A stretch of 64,000 nt of DNA from an uncultured Cytophagales bacterium (GTDB taxonomy: Bacteria > Bacteroidota > Bacteroidia > Cytophagales > Amoebophilaceae), in NCBI GenBank assembly GCA_963922775.1, contig CAWUJG010000002.1, positions 6,954 to 70,953 on the forward strand. The letters are read 5' to 3'. The translations under genes and the position numbers were made by a program. The notes under the pieces are model-generated. The model was given only the letters and a program-made list of their open reading frames with translations, did no database searches and was not told where the DNA came from. This document shows, piece after piece, positions 17,989 through 27,895 of the stretch. Within the stretch, counting starts at the first letter, position 1, and each line of letters opens with the position of its first letter.

Positions 17989-20493
17989 ATGGCCGAAAAA
18001 ACACATAAAAGCATGAGGCTAGGCCAGGTAGCCCGTCAACTTAATGTAGGCACACAAACAATAGTAGACTTTCTTGTTAGAAAAGGATTTACTATAGAGC
18101 ATAAAGTAAATGCTAAAATTACTAAGACACAGTATGAGCAGTTAAGCAAAGAATTTGCACAATCCATACAAGAAAAAAAGAAAGCCTCAACTATCACAAT
18201 AGAGAAAAAAATAGTAACTAAAAAAATAGAAGAAAAAAATACACAAATACTAGTAGAAAAGAATACTGTGAAAAAAAAAGATAAAATAGAATTACCCAAA
18301 CTGCAATCTACCTTTAAATGTTTTGGAAAAATAGATATAGAGAAAAAAAAGACGACATCAACATCAATAAATAAAAATAAAATAGATCTACAAGGTCAGG
18401 TTTCTACAACAGGGCTCAAAATTGTAGGTAAAATGGATATACCATTGCCAAAGTCAGCTAAAAAATTTAAACAGGTTACGGCTTCAGATCATCTTAAAAA
18501 TACCAGTAAGGTTACAGCAAAAAAGAAGGTGAAAAATAAGGTTAAGGTAATAAAAAAGCATAGGAGTTTAGTAAAAAAACAACCTGTAGACATTTCTCAA
18601 AAAGAGATACAAGCTAAAATTAGAAAAACATTAGCGAAAATTACTAAAGAAAAACAGGCAGAAAAAAATGTAGTAAAATACAGAAAAGAAAAAAGAGAAA
18701 TTTTTGCTCAAAATCTTCAAAAAAAGAAAATACAAGCAGAAAAAGAAAAAAAAGTGCTCAAAATATCTGAATTCATATCTGTAAATGATTTAGCTATACT
18801 TATGAATATACCTACTAACCAGCTCCTTTCTGCTTGTATTTCCTTAGGGGTAGTTACTTCTATTAATCAAAGGTTAGATCAGGAAACTATAGGGATTTTA
18901 GCAGAAGAATTTGGCTATAGCGTAGTATTTACTACCTTAGAAGAGCAAGAAGAACAGGAAATTCAAGAAAATGAAGCACTTCAAACCGAGCGAGCTCCTA
19001 TTGTTACTATTATGGGACATGTAGATCATGGTAAGACCTCTTTGTTAGACTATATTCGTAGCACACAGGTTACACAACAAGAAGCAGGTAGTATAACACA
19101 GCACATAGGTGCGTATGATGTAGAGACAAAAAATAACAAAAGAGTTGTATTTTTAGATACTCCAGGGCATGAAGCTTTTACAGCTATGCGGGCGCGTGGT
19201 GCTAAAATTACAGATATTGTTGTTGTAATTGTTGCTGCAGATGATGGTGTTATGCCTCAAACCCAAGAGGCTATTAACCATGCCAAAGCTGCAGGAGTAC
19301 CTATTATTATTGCTATCAATAAAATAGATAAGCCACAAGCTAATATAGAAAAAATAAAAGAGGAACTCTCTAAAGTAGATGTTTTAGTAGAAAGCTGGGG
19401 AGGAAAAATACAAAGTCAAAATATTTCTGCCAAAAGTGGAGAAGGTGTAGATGAATTGTTAGAAAAAATATTATTAGAAGCAGAAATGCTAGAGCTTAAA
19501 GCCAATGCTAACAGAAAAGCACAGGGTACAGTGTTAGAAGCATCACTAGACAAGGGTAGAGGATATGTAGCTACACTAATTAATCAGAAAGGTACTTTGC
19601 GTGTAGGAGATATTATTTTAACAGGAATGAAGTATGGAAAAGTAAAAGCTATGTTTAACCATAGAGGAAAAAAATTAAAGTCTATACCTCCTGCTACACC
19701 AGTACAAATATTAGGACTTAATGGTGCACCACAAGCTGGTGACACTTTTTTAGTAATGGAATCAGAAAAAGAAGCAAGAGAAATAGCTTCACATAAAGCT
19801 ATTGTCCATAGAGAACAGTATATACAAACCAAAAAGAGAATTACCCTTAATGAGATCAACCAGAAACTTTCTATGGATCATAGCCAAGAAATTAATATTA
19901 TCATTAAAGGTGATGTAGATGGATCTATACAGGCATTGGCCGATGCACTACAAAAATTATCTACTGTAACAATTAAAATTAACATTATACATCAAGCCAT
20001 AGGTCAGATATCAGAATCTGATGTTCTTTTAGCAGCATCTTCTAATGCAATGATTATTGGATTCCAAGTACGGCCTACACCACAGACAAGAAAATTAGCT
20101 GCCAAAGAAGGGATAGAAATTAATTTATATACTGTTATTTATGATGCTATTGAAGAAATAAAAAAAGCACTTAAGGGGATGCTTGCTCCAAAAGAGAAAG
20201 AAAAAATACTAGGACATGCCACTATAAAAACATTATTTAAAATATCAAAAATAGGTACTATAGCAGGATCTGTAATAGATGATGGTGTTATCCAAAAAAA
20301 TAATGCTATCAGATTAATTAGAAATGGGGTCGTTGTTCATACTGGAAGTATATACCAGTTAAAACACTTTCAAGAAGATGCTAAAGAAGTGAAAAAAGGA
20401 CAAGAGTGTGGTATAAGCATTAAAAATTTTAATGACATTAAAATAGGTGATAGTATAGAATGTTTTGTAATAGTAAATAAAACATCAAAGTAA
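17989..20493 (+). CDS. infB: translation initiation factor IF-2
   Basis: GTPase motifs [14 protein letters not shown] and NKID. I place the start at ATG 17989 ([20 protein letters not shown]...), after the nusA stop. The ORF-track start 17821 lies inside nusA. Confidence 0.9.
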   Translation: MAEKTHKSMRLGQVARQLNVGTQTIVDFLVRKGFTIEHKVNAKITKTQYEQLSKEFAQSIQEKKKASTITIEKKIVTKKIEEKNTQILVEKNTVKKKDKIELPKLQSTFKCFGKIDIEKKKTTSTSINKNKIDLQGQVSTTGLKIVGKMDIPLPKSAKKFKQVTASDHLKNTSKVTAKKKVKNKVKVIKKHRSLVKKQPVDISQKEIQAKIRKTLAKITKEKQAEKNVVKYRKEKREIFAQNLQKKKIQAEKEKKVLKISEFISVNDLAILMNIPTNQLLSACISLGVVTSINQRLDQETIGILAEEFGYSVVFTTLEEQEEQEIQENEALQTERAPIVTIMGHVDHGKTSLLDYIRSTQVTQQEAGSITQHIGAYDVETKNNKRVVFLDTPGHEAFTAMRARGAKITDIVVVIVAADDGVMPQTQEAINHAKAAGVPIIIAINKIDKPQANIEKIKEELSKVDVLVESWGGKIQSQNISAKSGEGVDELLEKILLEAEMLELKANANRKAQGTVLEASLDKGRGYVATLINQKGTLRVGDIILTGMKYGKVKAMFNHRGKKLKSIPPATPVQILGLNGAPQAGDTFLVMESEKEAREIASHKAIVHREQYIQTKKRITLNEINQKLSMDHSQEINIIIKGDVDGSIQALADALQKLSTVTIKINIIHQAIGQISESDVLLAASSNAMIIGFQVRPTPQTRKLAAKEGIEINLYTVIYDAIEEIKKALKGMLAPKEKEKILGHATIKTLFKISKIGTIAGSVIDDGVIQKNNAIRLIRNGVVVHTGSIYQLKHFQEDAKEVKKGQECGISIKNFNDIKIGDSIECFVIVNKTSK

Positions 20494-20502
20494 TAAAAAA
20501 TT

Positions 20503-21783
20503 ATGTTTTTTTTTGAAACTGCTGTTGTATTGCTATCTATATTTATAGGTGCTCGTCTTAAAGGCATAGGTTTAGGCATTATGGGGGGCCTAGGTTTAGC
20601 TATATTAGTTTTTATTTTTAATAAGCAACCTATAAATCCTCCTATAGATGTACTACTTATTATTACTACGGTAGTAGTAGCCTCTAGTATTTTTGAGCTT
20701 TCAGGTGGACTGAATTATTTGGTTTATATAGCAGAAAAGATTTTGAGAAAACATCCAGAAAAAATTACATACCTATCACCTATAATTGCTTATATCTTTA
20801 CTTTTTGTACAGGAACATCACATATTTGTTATGCTATACTTCCTGTAATTGCCCAGTTAGCTAAAGAAACAGGTATAACACCCCAAAAACCGCTTTCTGC
20901 AGCAGTTACAGCTTCTCAACAAGCTATTACAGCAAGTCCTATTTCTGCTGCTACAGTAATAGTAATAGGTTTACTTTCTCCATTAGGGGTATCGCTTATA
21001 GATATCTTAAAAATTTGTGTTCCTGCCACTTTATCTGGGTCTATGATAGCTGCCTTTGTTGTCAGCAAAAAAAAAAATATAGTTTATGAGGATAAAAAAA
21101 AAATAGCCTTTTCTCCTAATATTTTGTTGACCCCTAAAACCAAAATAGCTGTAGGTATATTTCTTACAGGTATACTGACCATTATTTTTTATGGTGCTTT
21201 TAAGCAGTATAGACCAATATGGTATATACAGAATCAATACATAACCATGCGGATGGCTACAATTATAGAAATTATTATGCTTGCTACTGCAAGTATAATT
21301 GCTTTAGTATGTAAAGTAAATACTACTTCTATAGCTAAAGGAAAGGTGTTTTTGGCTGGTATGCAAGCTATTATTGCTATTTTTGGCATATCCTGGTTAG
21401 GCAATACTTTTTTCAAGTCTAATGAAACACTTATTATGGCTACAGTGCAAGAAAGTATTGTAGCGCATCCTTGGCAGTTTAGTCTTTATTTGTTTGCTCT
21501 TTCTATCATTATGTTAAGTCAAGGTGCTGCTACATGTACGCTCATGCCTTTAGGTATAAGCATAGGTTTGCCACCACCTTTGCTTATTGCCATGTTTCCT
21601 GCTGCTAATGGATTATTTTTTGTGCCTAACCATCCTACTATATTGGCTGCTATTAATTTTGATACTACAGGGTCAACACGTATAGGGAAATACATTTTAA
21701 ATCATAGCTTTATGTTGCCTGGAATAGTAGCCACAACATGTTCAGTAATAGTAGGTTACGGATTAATAAAAATATTTTTTTAG
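20503..21783 (+). CDS. dcuA: anaerobic C4-dicarboxylate transporter, DcuA/DcuB family
   Basis: 426-aa polytopic membrane protein. N-terminus (ETAVVLLSIFIGARLKGIGLGIMGGLG) and QQAITASPISAATV closely parallel E. coli DcuA. Confidence 0.8.
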   Translation: MFFFETAVVLLSIFIGARLKGIGLGIMGGLGLAILVFIFNKQPINPPIDVLLIITTVVVASSIFELSGGLNYLVYIAEKILRKHPEKITYLSPIIAYIFTFCTGTSHICYAILPVIAQLAKETGITPQKPLSAAVTASQQAITASPISAATVIVIGLLSPLGVSLIDILKICVPATLSGSMIAAFVVSKKKNIVYEDKKKIAFSPNILLTPKTKIAVGIFLTGILTIIFYGAFKQYRPIWYIQNQYITMRMATIIEIIMLATASIIALVCKVNTTSIAKGKVFLAGMQAIIAIFGISWLGNTFFKSNETLIMATVQESIVAHPWQFSLYLFALSIIMLSQGAATCTLMPLGISIGLPPPLLIAMFPAANGLFFVPNHPTILAAINFDTTGSTRIGKYILNHSFMLPGIVATTCSVIVGYGLIKIFF

Positions 21784-21797
21784 TTATTTTTAACATA

Positions 21798-21956
21798 ATG
21801 AGTCGTCAAACAAAACTGTTATTAAAGGTTATTGCTATATTGCTCTTTCTTCTGGTTTTGGGCATGCATTTTGGTTTTATCATTATTCCTATGCTCCACA
21901 GTTGGAAGTTTTGGATTCTTGTCTCCAGCTTTTTATTACTTCTGATAGGCAGTTAA
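21798..21956 (+). CDS. hypothetical small membrane protein (52 aa, two hydrophobic segments)
   Basis: Internal ATG of ORF 21738-21956, located after the dcuA stop. No recognisable family. Confidence 0.25.
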   Translation: MSRQTKLLLKVIAILLFLLVLGMHFGFIIIPMLHSWKFWILVSSFLLLLIGS

Positions 21957-21973
21957 CCAAAAAATAAAATGTT

Positions 21974-22444
21974 ATGTCTAATATATCATATTATACTCCA
22001 GAAGGTTTTTTTAAAATTCAGCAAGAATTAGAAGAACTAAAAACACAAGGCAGAAAATTTATTGCTCAACAAATAGCTGAAGCAAGGTCTAAGGGAGATT
22101 TGAGTGAAAATGCAGAATATGATGCTGCAAAGCATGAGCAAGGACTATTAGAATTAAAGATTGCTAAGCTGGAAAAAATTATACAAAATGCTCGGATACT
22201 TCAAAAAAGTCAAATAGATACTTCTCAAGTATCACTTTTTACCAAAGTAAAAGTTAAAAATATACAGTATAATACTATACATATTTATACCATAGTTGCT
22301 GAAGAAGAAGCTGATCTGGAGCAGGGAAAAATTTCCATAAAATCTCCAATAGCAAGGGGTATATTAGGAAAAAAGGTAGGTGAAATAGGAAAGATAAAAG
22401 TTCCTTTAGGAGAACTAGAGTTAGAAATTATGTCTATAGCATAG
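21974..22444 (+). CDS. greA: transcription elongation factor GreA
   Basis: 156 aa with the N-terminal coiled-coil acidic-tip motif GDLSENAEYDAAK and a C-terminal KISIKSPIARGILGKKVGE. Confidence 0.92.
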   Translation: MSNISYYTPEGFFKIQQELEELKTQGRKFIAQQIAEARSKGDLSENAEYDAAKHEQGLLELKIAKLEKIIQNARILQKSQIDTSQVSLFTKVKVKNIQYNTIHIYTIVAEEEADLEQGKISIKSPIARGILGKKVGEIGKIKVPLGELELEIMSIA

Positions 22445-22465
22445 CTAATTTTTTTACTATATATT

Positions 22466-23368
22466 TTGCATTACATAAAAACATACGGTGCCTATTTTAT
22501 TAAAGGTATGTTTGTTGGATTGGCAGATCTAATACCAGGTGTTTCTGGAGGCACTATTGCTTTTATTTTGGGTATTTATAGGCCTCTTTTTGCAGCTATT
22601 GCTGCTATTAACAGAAAATCTTTGCAACTATGTTTTGCTGGTGAATGGACACGTTTTTGGCAAACTATCCATGGCAATTTTTTATGTGCTGTGTTTGGAG
22701 GTATCATAACTAGCATTTTTTGCTTTTCTTCTTCTATGCTGCTTTTGATGAGCCTATTTCCTATTTTTCTATACAGTTTTTTTGAAGGTCTTATAATTGC
22801 TTCTGCCCTATATTTTTTCTCTACTATAGAGAAAAAAAGTTTATATACATATTGCTATCTTTTTATTTCTTGTACAGGTACTTATTATTTTATTCAAATG
22901 GATGCTTGGGCTATACCTAATGGTTATCTGTGGATATTGCTTACAGGTATGTTAGCTATATGTGCTATGATTCTACCTGGTATTTCAGGTAGTTTAGTGC
23001 TTATCTTTTTTAATAAATATACCTTGCTTCTACAAGCTCTCTCTAATTTGCAGTTTGATATTTTAGGTTTTTTTGTTTTAGGATGTTTTTTAGGCCTATT
23101 TTTATTTGTACGGATAATTCAATGGCTTCTCCGTTATTATAGTAGTACTATTTTATCTGTTTTAGTTGGTTTTATGCTAGGATCTTTGGGTAAATTATGG
23201 CCTTGGCAAATATGTATAGAGAATATTTACAAAAACTATTATCCTTGGCACTATGAAAAAATTACTGGAAAGTCTGCCCATTTTGGGAGTGCTTTATTAT
23301 GTATATTTTTAGGTGCAGGTTTATTTTTAGCATTAATAAGATGGCAGAATAAAAGAAGATTATATTAA
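22466..23368 (+). CDS. DUF368 family membrane protein (family recently linked to undecaprenyl-phosphate recycling/translocation)
   Basis: Signature LADLIPGVSGGTIAFILGIY with a second ILPGISGS repeat. TTG start per the ORF track; Met at about 22507 is an alternative. Confidence 0.75.
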   Translation: MHYIKTYGAYFIKGMFVGLADLIPGVSGGTIAFILGIYRPLFAAIAAINRKSLQLCFAGEWTRFWQTIHGNFLCAVFGGIITSIFCFSSSMLLLMSLFPIFLYSFFEGLIIASALYFFSTIEKKSLYTYCYLFISCTGTYYFIQMDAWAIPNGYLWILLTGMLAICAMILPGISGSLVLIFFNKYTLLLQALSNLQFDILGFFVLGCFLGLFLFVRIIQWLLRYYSSTILSVLVGFMLGSLGKLWPWQICIENIYKNYYPWHYEKITGKSAHFGSALLCIFLGAGLFLALIRWQNKRRLY

Positions 23369-23650
23369 ATTTTTTTTTTAAAGTTTTGATAAATGAATTT
23401 TATGCTATACCTAGACAATTTTGACAAAACCAGATAAAACACTATGGAAGCATTTTTTTATAGGGTATTTAATATTATAAAACTATATATGCTCTAATAA
23501 AACATATTTTAAAATATGTTTTTTAAATTTAGTATAATGTAGCAACTATTACCTTAAATAGGCATTTTAAAAATGCTATTTGTTAGAACAAAGCCTTATA
23601 TTTGTAGAATATGTGAAAATACATAACAATTTTAATAAAAATCAAATAAT

Positions 23651-23977
23651 ATGCTTTATATTACACCACAAGCCAAAGAAAAACTTATAGAAGAAAAAAA
23701 AAAAAATCAACTTACCAATGAATACTATGTAAGAATAGATCTAGAAGAAGGGGGTTGTGAAGGTATGAAATATGCGATAAAATTCGACAAAAATAAGACA
23801 GAAAACGATACGAGTATTCAGTCAGAAGCATTAAGTATTATTATCAACAAAAAACATATCCCCTATCTTCAAAATGTACGTCTAAACTATTCTCCCCAGC
23901 ATGAAAGAGGTTTTTTTTTTGATAATCCTAATGCTAAAAATACATGTGGTTGTGGACAGAGTTTTTCAGTGGATTGA
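23651..23977 (+). CDS. A-type iron-sulfur cluster carrier (HesB/IscA/ErpA family)
   Basis: 108 aa with conserved Cys in GGCEG and a C-terminal CGCGQSF. Confidence 0.85.
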   Translation: MLYITPQAKEKLIEEKKKNQLTNEYYVRIDLEEGGCEGMKYAIKFDKNKTENDTSIQSEALSIIINKKHIPYLQNVRLNYSPQHERGFFFDNPNAKNTCGCGQSFSVD

Positions 23978-24040
23978 TAAACTTTTTTTACAAGTTAAAG
24001 TGTAAGTTTATCATTAAATAAACTATAATTTTATAATTTA

Positions 24041-25114
24041 ATGCATTTTAAAGCTAGTAAAAAATACTATCTTATTTTTTTTATTATATTTTTTTTTCAC
24101 CTAACACAGGCTAAGAAAAAAAAAGAAAAAAATCAAGATCAGTTGTATTTTGATACAATAAAAAAAAATTATTCTTATGACCCAGAAACAAAACAATGGT
24201 CTTCAGTGGAAAGTTTTAATACCATAGAAATTATAGAAAAAGAAAAAAAAAATATACCACATGATGAAGATAAAATACTCTATGAAAATTTTTGGACGTA
24301 TAATGCTGATAAAAATAAATGGCTGAAAAAAGATATACCAGTTTATGGATATTCTGATACAAAATATAATGGATATTTAATGCTTAATAAAATATCTTTA
24401 GATATATCTTTAGCTCCTGGGTTTACATACTATCGTAATCATATTAAAGATGCTCAACTCATACAACGTGAAGATGAAAATATTTTTTACATACAATCTA
24501 AAGTAAGAAATATATATAAAATAGACTGGTTCGAAAGTTTATTAAAAAAATTAGATAAAAGATATATTAAAATAAATAGAAAAAAAAATATAAAAAAAAT
24601 GCATTCTCCTACATTGCATGGGATAGGATTTAGTGTGCCTATAAGTATAATTGCCTATGGTAATCTATATACTAAACTTAGATTAGGAGGGGGTATAACA
24701 GGAGTAATAAATTGGATTAACAAACTTAAATTAATAGATAATGAAAAAGATTTTAAAGTATACACTACGGTAGGAAAAAAGTATTTCTTCAATATAAAAT
24801 ACTTTGTATTAATAGCATACAAGTATAAGCAAACAGAAAAATACAACTGGATAGTAGAAAAAAAATTAGGTTTATGTCAAGATTTGGGTAGTATACCCCA
24901 TAGATTATGGAAAGGTAAAAATATTCGCCAAACACTATGCTATAGCCTTGGGCTTCGTACGGAAAAAAAAATCAAAAAAAATAATAAGGTATTTTCCTGC
25001 TTAACTTTAGAGTGGAAATCATATGTAGATACTATAGAAAAAAATTTTGCTATATACCTAAAGCAACCTGCACTATATCTAGAAATAGGTATAGGAACTA
25101 ACTTTAATACATAA
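24041..25114 (+). CDS. hypothetical secreted protein, possibly an outer-membrane beta-barrel
   Basis: N-terminal signal-like YYLIFFIIFFFHLTQA, a Lys-rich N-terminal region, alternating-pattern C-terminal half ending ...LYLEIGIGTNFNT. No family recognised. Confidence 0.4.
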   Translation: MHFKASKKYYLIFFIIFFFHLTQAKKKKEKNQDQLYFDTIKKNYSYDPETKQWSSVESFNTIEIIEKEKKNIPHDEDKILYENFWTYNADKNKWLKKDIPVYGYSDTKYNGYLMLNKISLDISLAPGFTYYRNHIKDAQLIQREDENIFYIQSKVRNIYKIDWFESLLKKLDKRYIKINRKKNIKKMHSPTLHGIGFSVPISIIAYGNLYTKLRLGGGITGVINWINKLKLIDNEKDFKVYTTVGKKYFFNIKYFVLIAYKYKQTEKYNWIVEKKLGLCQDLGSIPHRLWKGKNIRQTLCYSLGLRTEKKIKKNNKVFSCLTLEWKSYVDTIEKNFAIYLKQPALYLEIGIGTNFNT

Positions 25115-25126
25115 AAGATACACATC

Positions 25127-27817
25127 TTGTACAAAAAGAAAATTAAAGTAGGCATATTTCTTGGAGGAAGATCAAGAGAAAAAGAAATTTCTTTTGCAGG
25201 AGGTAGAACAGTATATGATAATTTAGATAAAAATATTTTTGAACCTATACCTATATTTATAGACAGTATAGGTAACTTTATTTTACTCCATTGGCAGTAT
25301 TTATACCAAGGCACTATCCGTGATTTTTATCCAACACCAACAGAAAAGGAAAAATATTCTGTATATGTTAATGCATTAAACTCTCAATACGTTAATATAG
25401 AAGCTATTATAAAAAAAGTAGGTAAAAAAATTACACCAGAACAGTTTTCCAGCTACTTTGATACTGCCTTTTTAGTGCTGCATGGTAAGTATGGGGAAGA
25501 TGGTACAATACAGGCCATGTTAGAATGGTATCAGATTCCCTACACAGGTGTTGGTATTTTGGGATCTTCATTAGGTATCAACAAAAAAATACAAAATGAA
25601 TGGATGAAAAAAAACCATTTTTGTGTAACTAAAAAGTGGTTTCTATATGAAGAAGAATGGCATACTACTTCTGATTATCAGCAGCTTTTGTCTGATATTA
25701 TAGAAAAAATAGGTTTACCATTTATTGTAAAAAGTAACACACAAGGGTCATCTATTGGTATATCGGTTATACATACAAGATGTTTGAATACTTTTATACA
25801 AGCAGTAGAAAAAAGTTTTTTTTACTATAAACTGAAACCTTTAGTCTGGCAAGAATATACTGAAGATGAAAAAAAAGAATGGGTTCAATCCTTATTAGAT
25901 CCTAGAAAAAGTATAGGTTTCCCGGTATATACACAAAAAAAAATTATTTATCATCCTGAAGAACTCATCGTTTATCTTAACTATTATTGTAATCATAACC
26001 AGGATCCTATTATATTAAAAAGTATTTATAAAGAAAGTGAAGTATTGTGTGAAACTTATTTAGCTGGTAGAGAATTTTCTTGTATAGTTATTACAGATAA
26101 TAAGGGGTATCCTATAGCCCTTCCTCCTACTGAAATTATACAGGAAAATATTTTTTTTGACTATCGTGCAAAGTATATGCCTGGGTTAGTCCGTAAGCAA
26201 ACACCTATGCGCATAGACTATACTACTATACAAAATATACGAGAAATATGCGTGTCATTATTCCGTACTTTACACTTTAATGTATGGGCAAGAATAGATG
26301 GTATAGTAACTGATAATAAGTGTATATACCTTATAGATCCTAATACTACATCAGGTATGATGCCTTCTTCATTTTTATTTCATCAAGCGGCACATATTGG
26401 CTTAAACCCTACAGCATTTCTTAACTTAATTATTTATAATTCACTAAAAACAAGAAAAAAAGAGTATATTTATCAAAAGAAGATTCCTCAACTTATAAAA
26501 AGAATTGATAGTCATATACAGTGCAGTCAAACAGATGATATAAAAAAAATAAAAGTAGGTATATTAATAGGGGGATTTTCTGCTGAAAAGCACATTTCGC
26601 TAGAAAGTGGACGTAATGTATATCAGAAATTAGCTTCTTCTACAAAATATATTCCTATACCTATATTATTATCAGGATCTGAAAAAGAGCATCAGCTTTT
26701 TATACTCCCTATACATTTACTACTCAAAGATCATGCAGATGATATACACCAGCAAGTACAAGCACAAAATCAAAAAAATAGTGAAAAAAGTATATTATCA
26801 GCAATACAGCAAGAAGCCAAAAGTATTACACAAAAGTATACAGCCCACTTTATAGAACGGCCTCAAAGAATTACTTATAAACAATTGAAATATTGGGTAC
26901 AGTTTATGTTTATTGCTTTGCATGGCAGGCCAGGTGAAGATGGTACTATACAGCAAATATTATCTAAAGAAAATATACCTTATAATGGATCTGATCAAGC
27001 AACTTCTTTTATATGTATGGATAAGTATAAAACTAATCAGCTATTAAAAACTCAAGGTATAAAAGTGGCAGAACAGCTATGTATAGAAAAAAAACAATGG
27101 AAAAAAGATGGACAAAAATGTATATCAAAAATTGAAAAAAAATTTTCTTATCCATACATTGTAAAACCTATTGATGAGGGGTGCAGTGCAGGTGTAATAT
27201 GTATTAATACACAAGAACAGTTAATTACTTATATAAAATCTACCTTTGAGCTTCCAAAAATAGATGCTAAAACCTATAGGTCAATACTTCACATGCCAGA
27301 AAATACGTATTTACCTTGTAAAAAAAGCATTTTAATAGAAGAAATGATTACAAAAGGAAAAGCTCAAAATTTGCTAGAAATAACTGGTGGGTTATTAACC
27401 CCTATAAAAACGGATGACAAAAAAAGTATAACATATGAAATATTACCTCCTTCAGAAACTTTGGCTAACCATACTATTCTTTCTTTAGAAGAAAAGTTTT
27501 TAGCAGGAGAAGGACAAAATATTACTCCGGCTCGTTTTCATACAAATAAAACTATTAATAAAAAGATACAAGTGCAAGTGCAGCAAACATTTAAAAGAGT
27601 AGCTCAGATACTTAACATACAAGGGTATGCCCGTATAGATGCTTTTGTAAAAATAAATACAGCAGAAGATGTAGATATTTTTATTATAGAAGTAAATACT
27701 TTACCTGCCCTTACACCTGCTACGTGTATATTTCATCAGTGTGCTTTACAGGGTTATAAGCCTTATGAATTTCTTGATAAAATTATTCAGTATGGTTTGA
27801 AACACAAAAAAAGATAA
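25127..27817 (+). CDS. ddl: tandem-duplicated D-alanine--D-alanine ligase-like protein (two ATP-grasp Ddl modules in one 896-aa ORF)
   Basis: Module 1 has KIKVGIFLGGRSREKEIS, HGKYGEDGTIQ, FFDYRAKY and ARIDG...IDPNTTSGM. Module 2 has KIKVGILIGGFSAEKHIS, HGRPGEDGTIQ, LEEKFLAGEGQ and ARIDAF...IEVNTLPALT. TTG start at 25127. Confidence 0.8.
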   Translation: MYKKKIKVGIFLGGRSREKEISFAGGRTVYDNLDKNIFEPIPIFIDSIGNFILLHWQYLYQGTIRDFYPTPTEKEKYSVYVNALNSQYVNIEAIIKKVGKKITPEQFSSYFDTAFLVLHGKYGEDGTIQAMLEWYQIPYTGVGILGSSLGINKKIQNEWMKKNHFCVTKKWFLYEEEWHTTSDYQQLLSDIIEKIGLPFIVKSNTQGSSIGISVIHTRCLNTFIQAVEKSFFYYKLKPLVWQEYTEDEKKEWVQSLLDPRKSIGFPVYTQKKIIYHPEELIVYLNYYCNHNQDPIILKSIYKESEVLCETYLAGREFSCIVITDNKGYPIALPPTEIIQENIFFDYRAKYMPGLVRKQTPMRIDYTTIQNIREICVSLFRTLHFNVWARIDGIVTDNKCIYLIDPNTTSGMMPSSFLFHQAAHIGLNPTAFLNLIIYNSLKTRKKEYIYQKKIPQLIKRIDSHIQCSQTDDIKKIKVGILIGGFSAEKHISLESGRNVYQKLASSTKYIPIPILLSGSEKEHQLFILPIHLLLKDHADDIHQQVQAQNQKNSEKSILSAIQQEAKSITQKYTAHFIERPQRITYKQLKYWVQFMFIALHGRPGEDGTIQQILSKENIPYNGSDQATSFICMDKYKTNQLLKTQGIKVAEQLCIEKKQWKKDGQKCISKIEKKFSYPYIVKPIDEGCSAGVICINTQEQLITYIKSTFELPKIDAKTYRSILHMPENTYLPCKKSILIEEMITKGKAQNLLEITGGLLTPIKTDDKKSITYEILPPSETLANHTILSLEEKFLAGEGQNITPARFHTNKTINKKIQVQVQQTFKRVAQILNIQGYARIDAFVKINTAEDVDIFIIEVNTLPALTPATCIFHQCALQGYKPYEFLDKIIQYGLKHKKR

Positions 27818-27895
27818 GGTGTTTATATGGTGGTTGATAAAAAAATAATTATGTTTATTGACAATAATCAAAAATATGTTTATTTTTTAGCAAAA

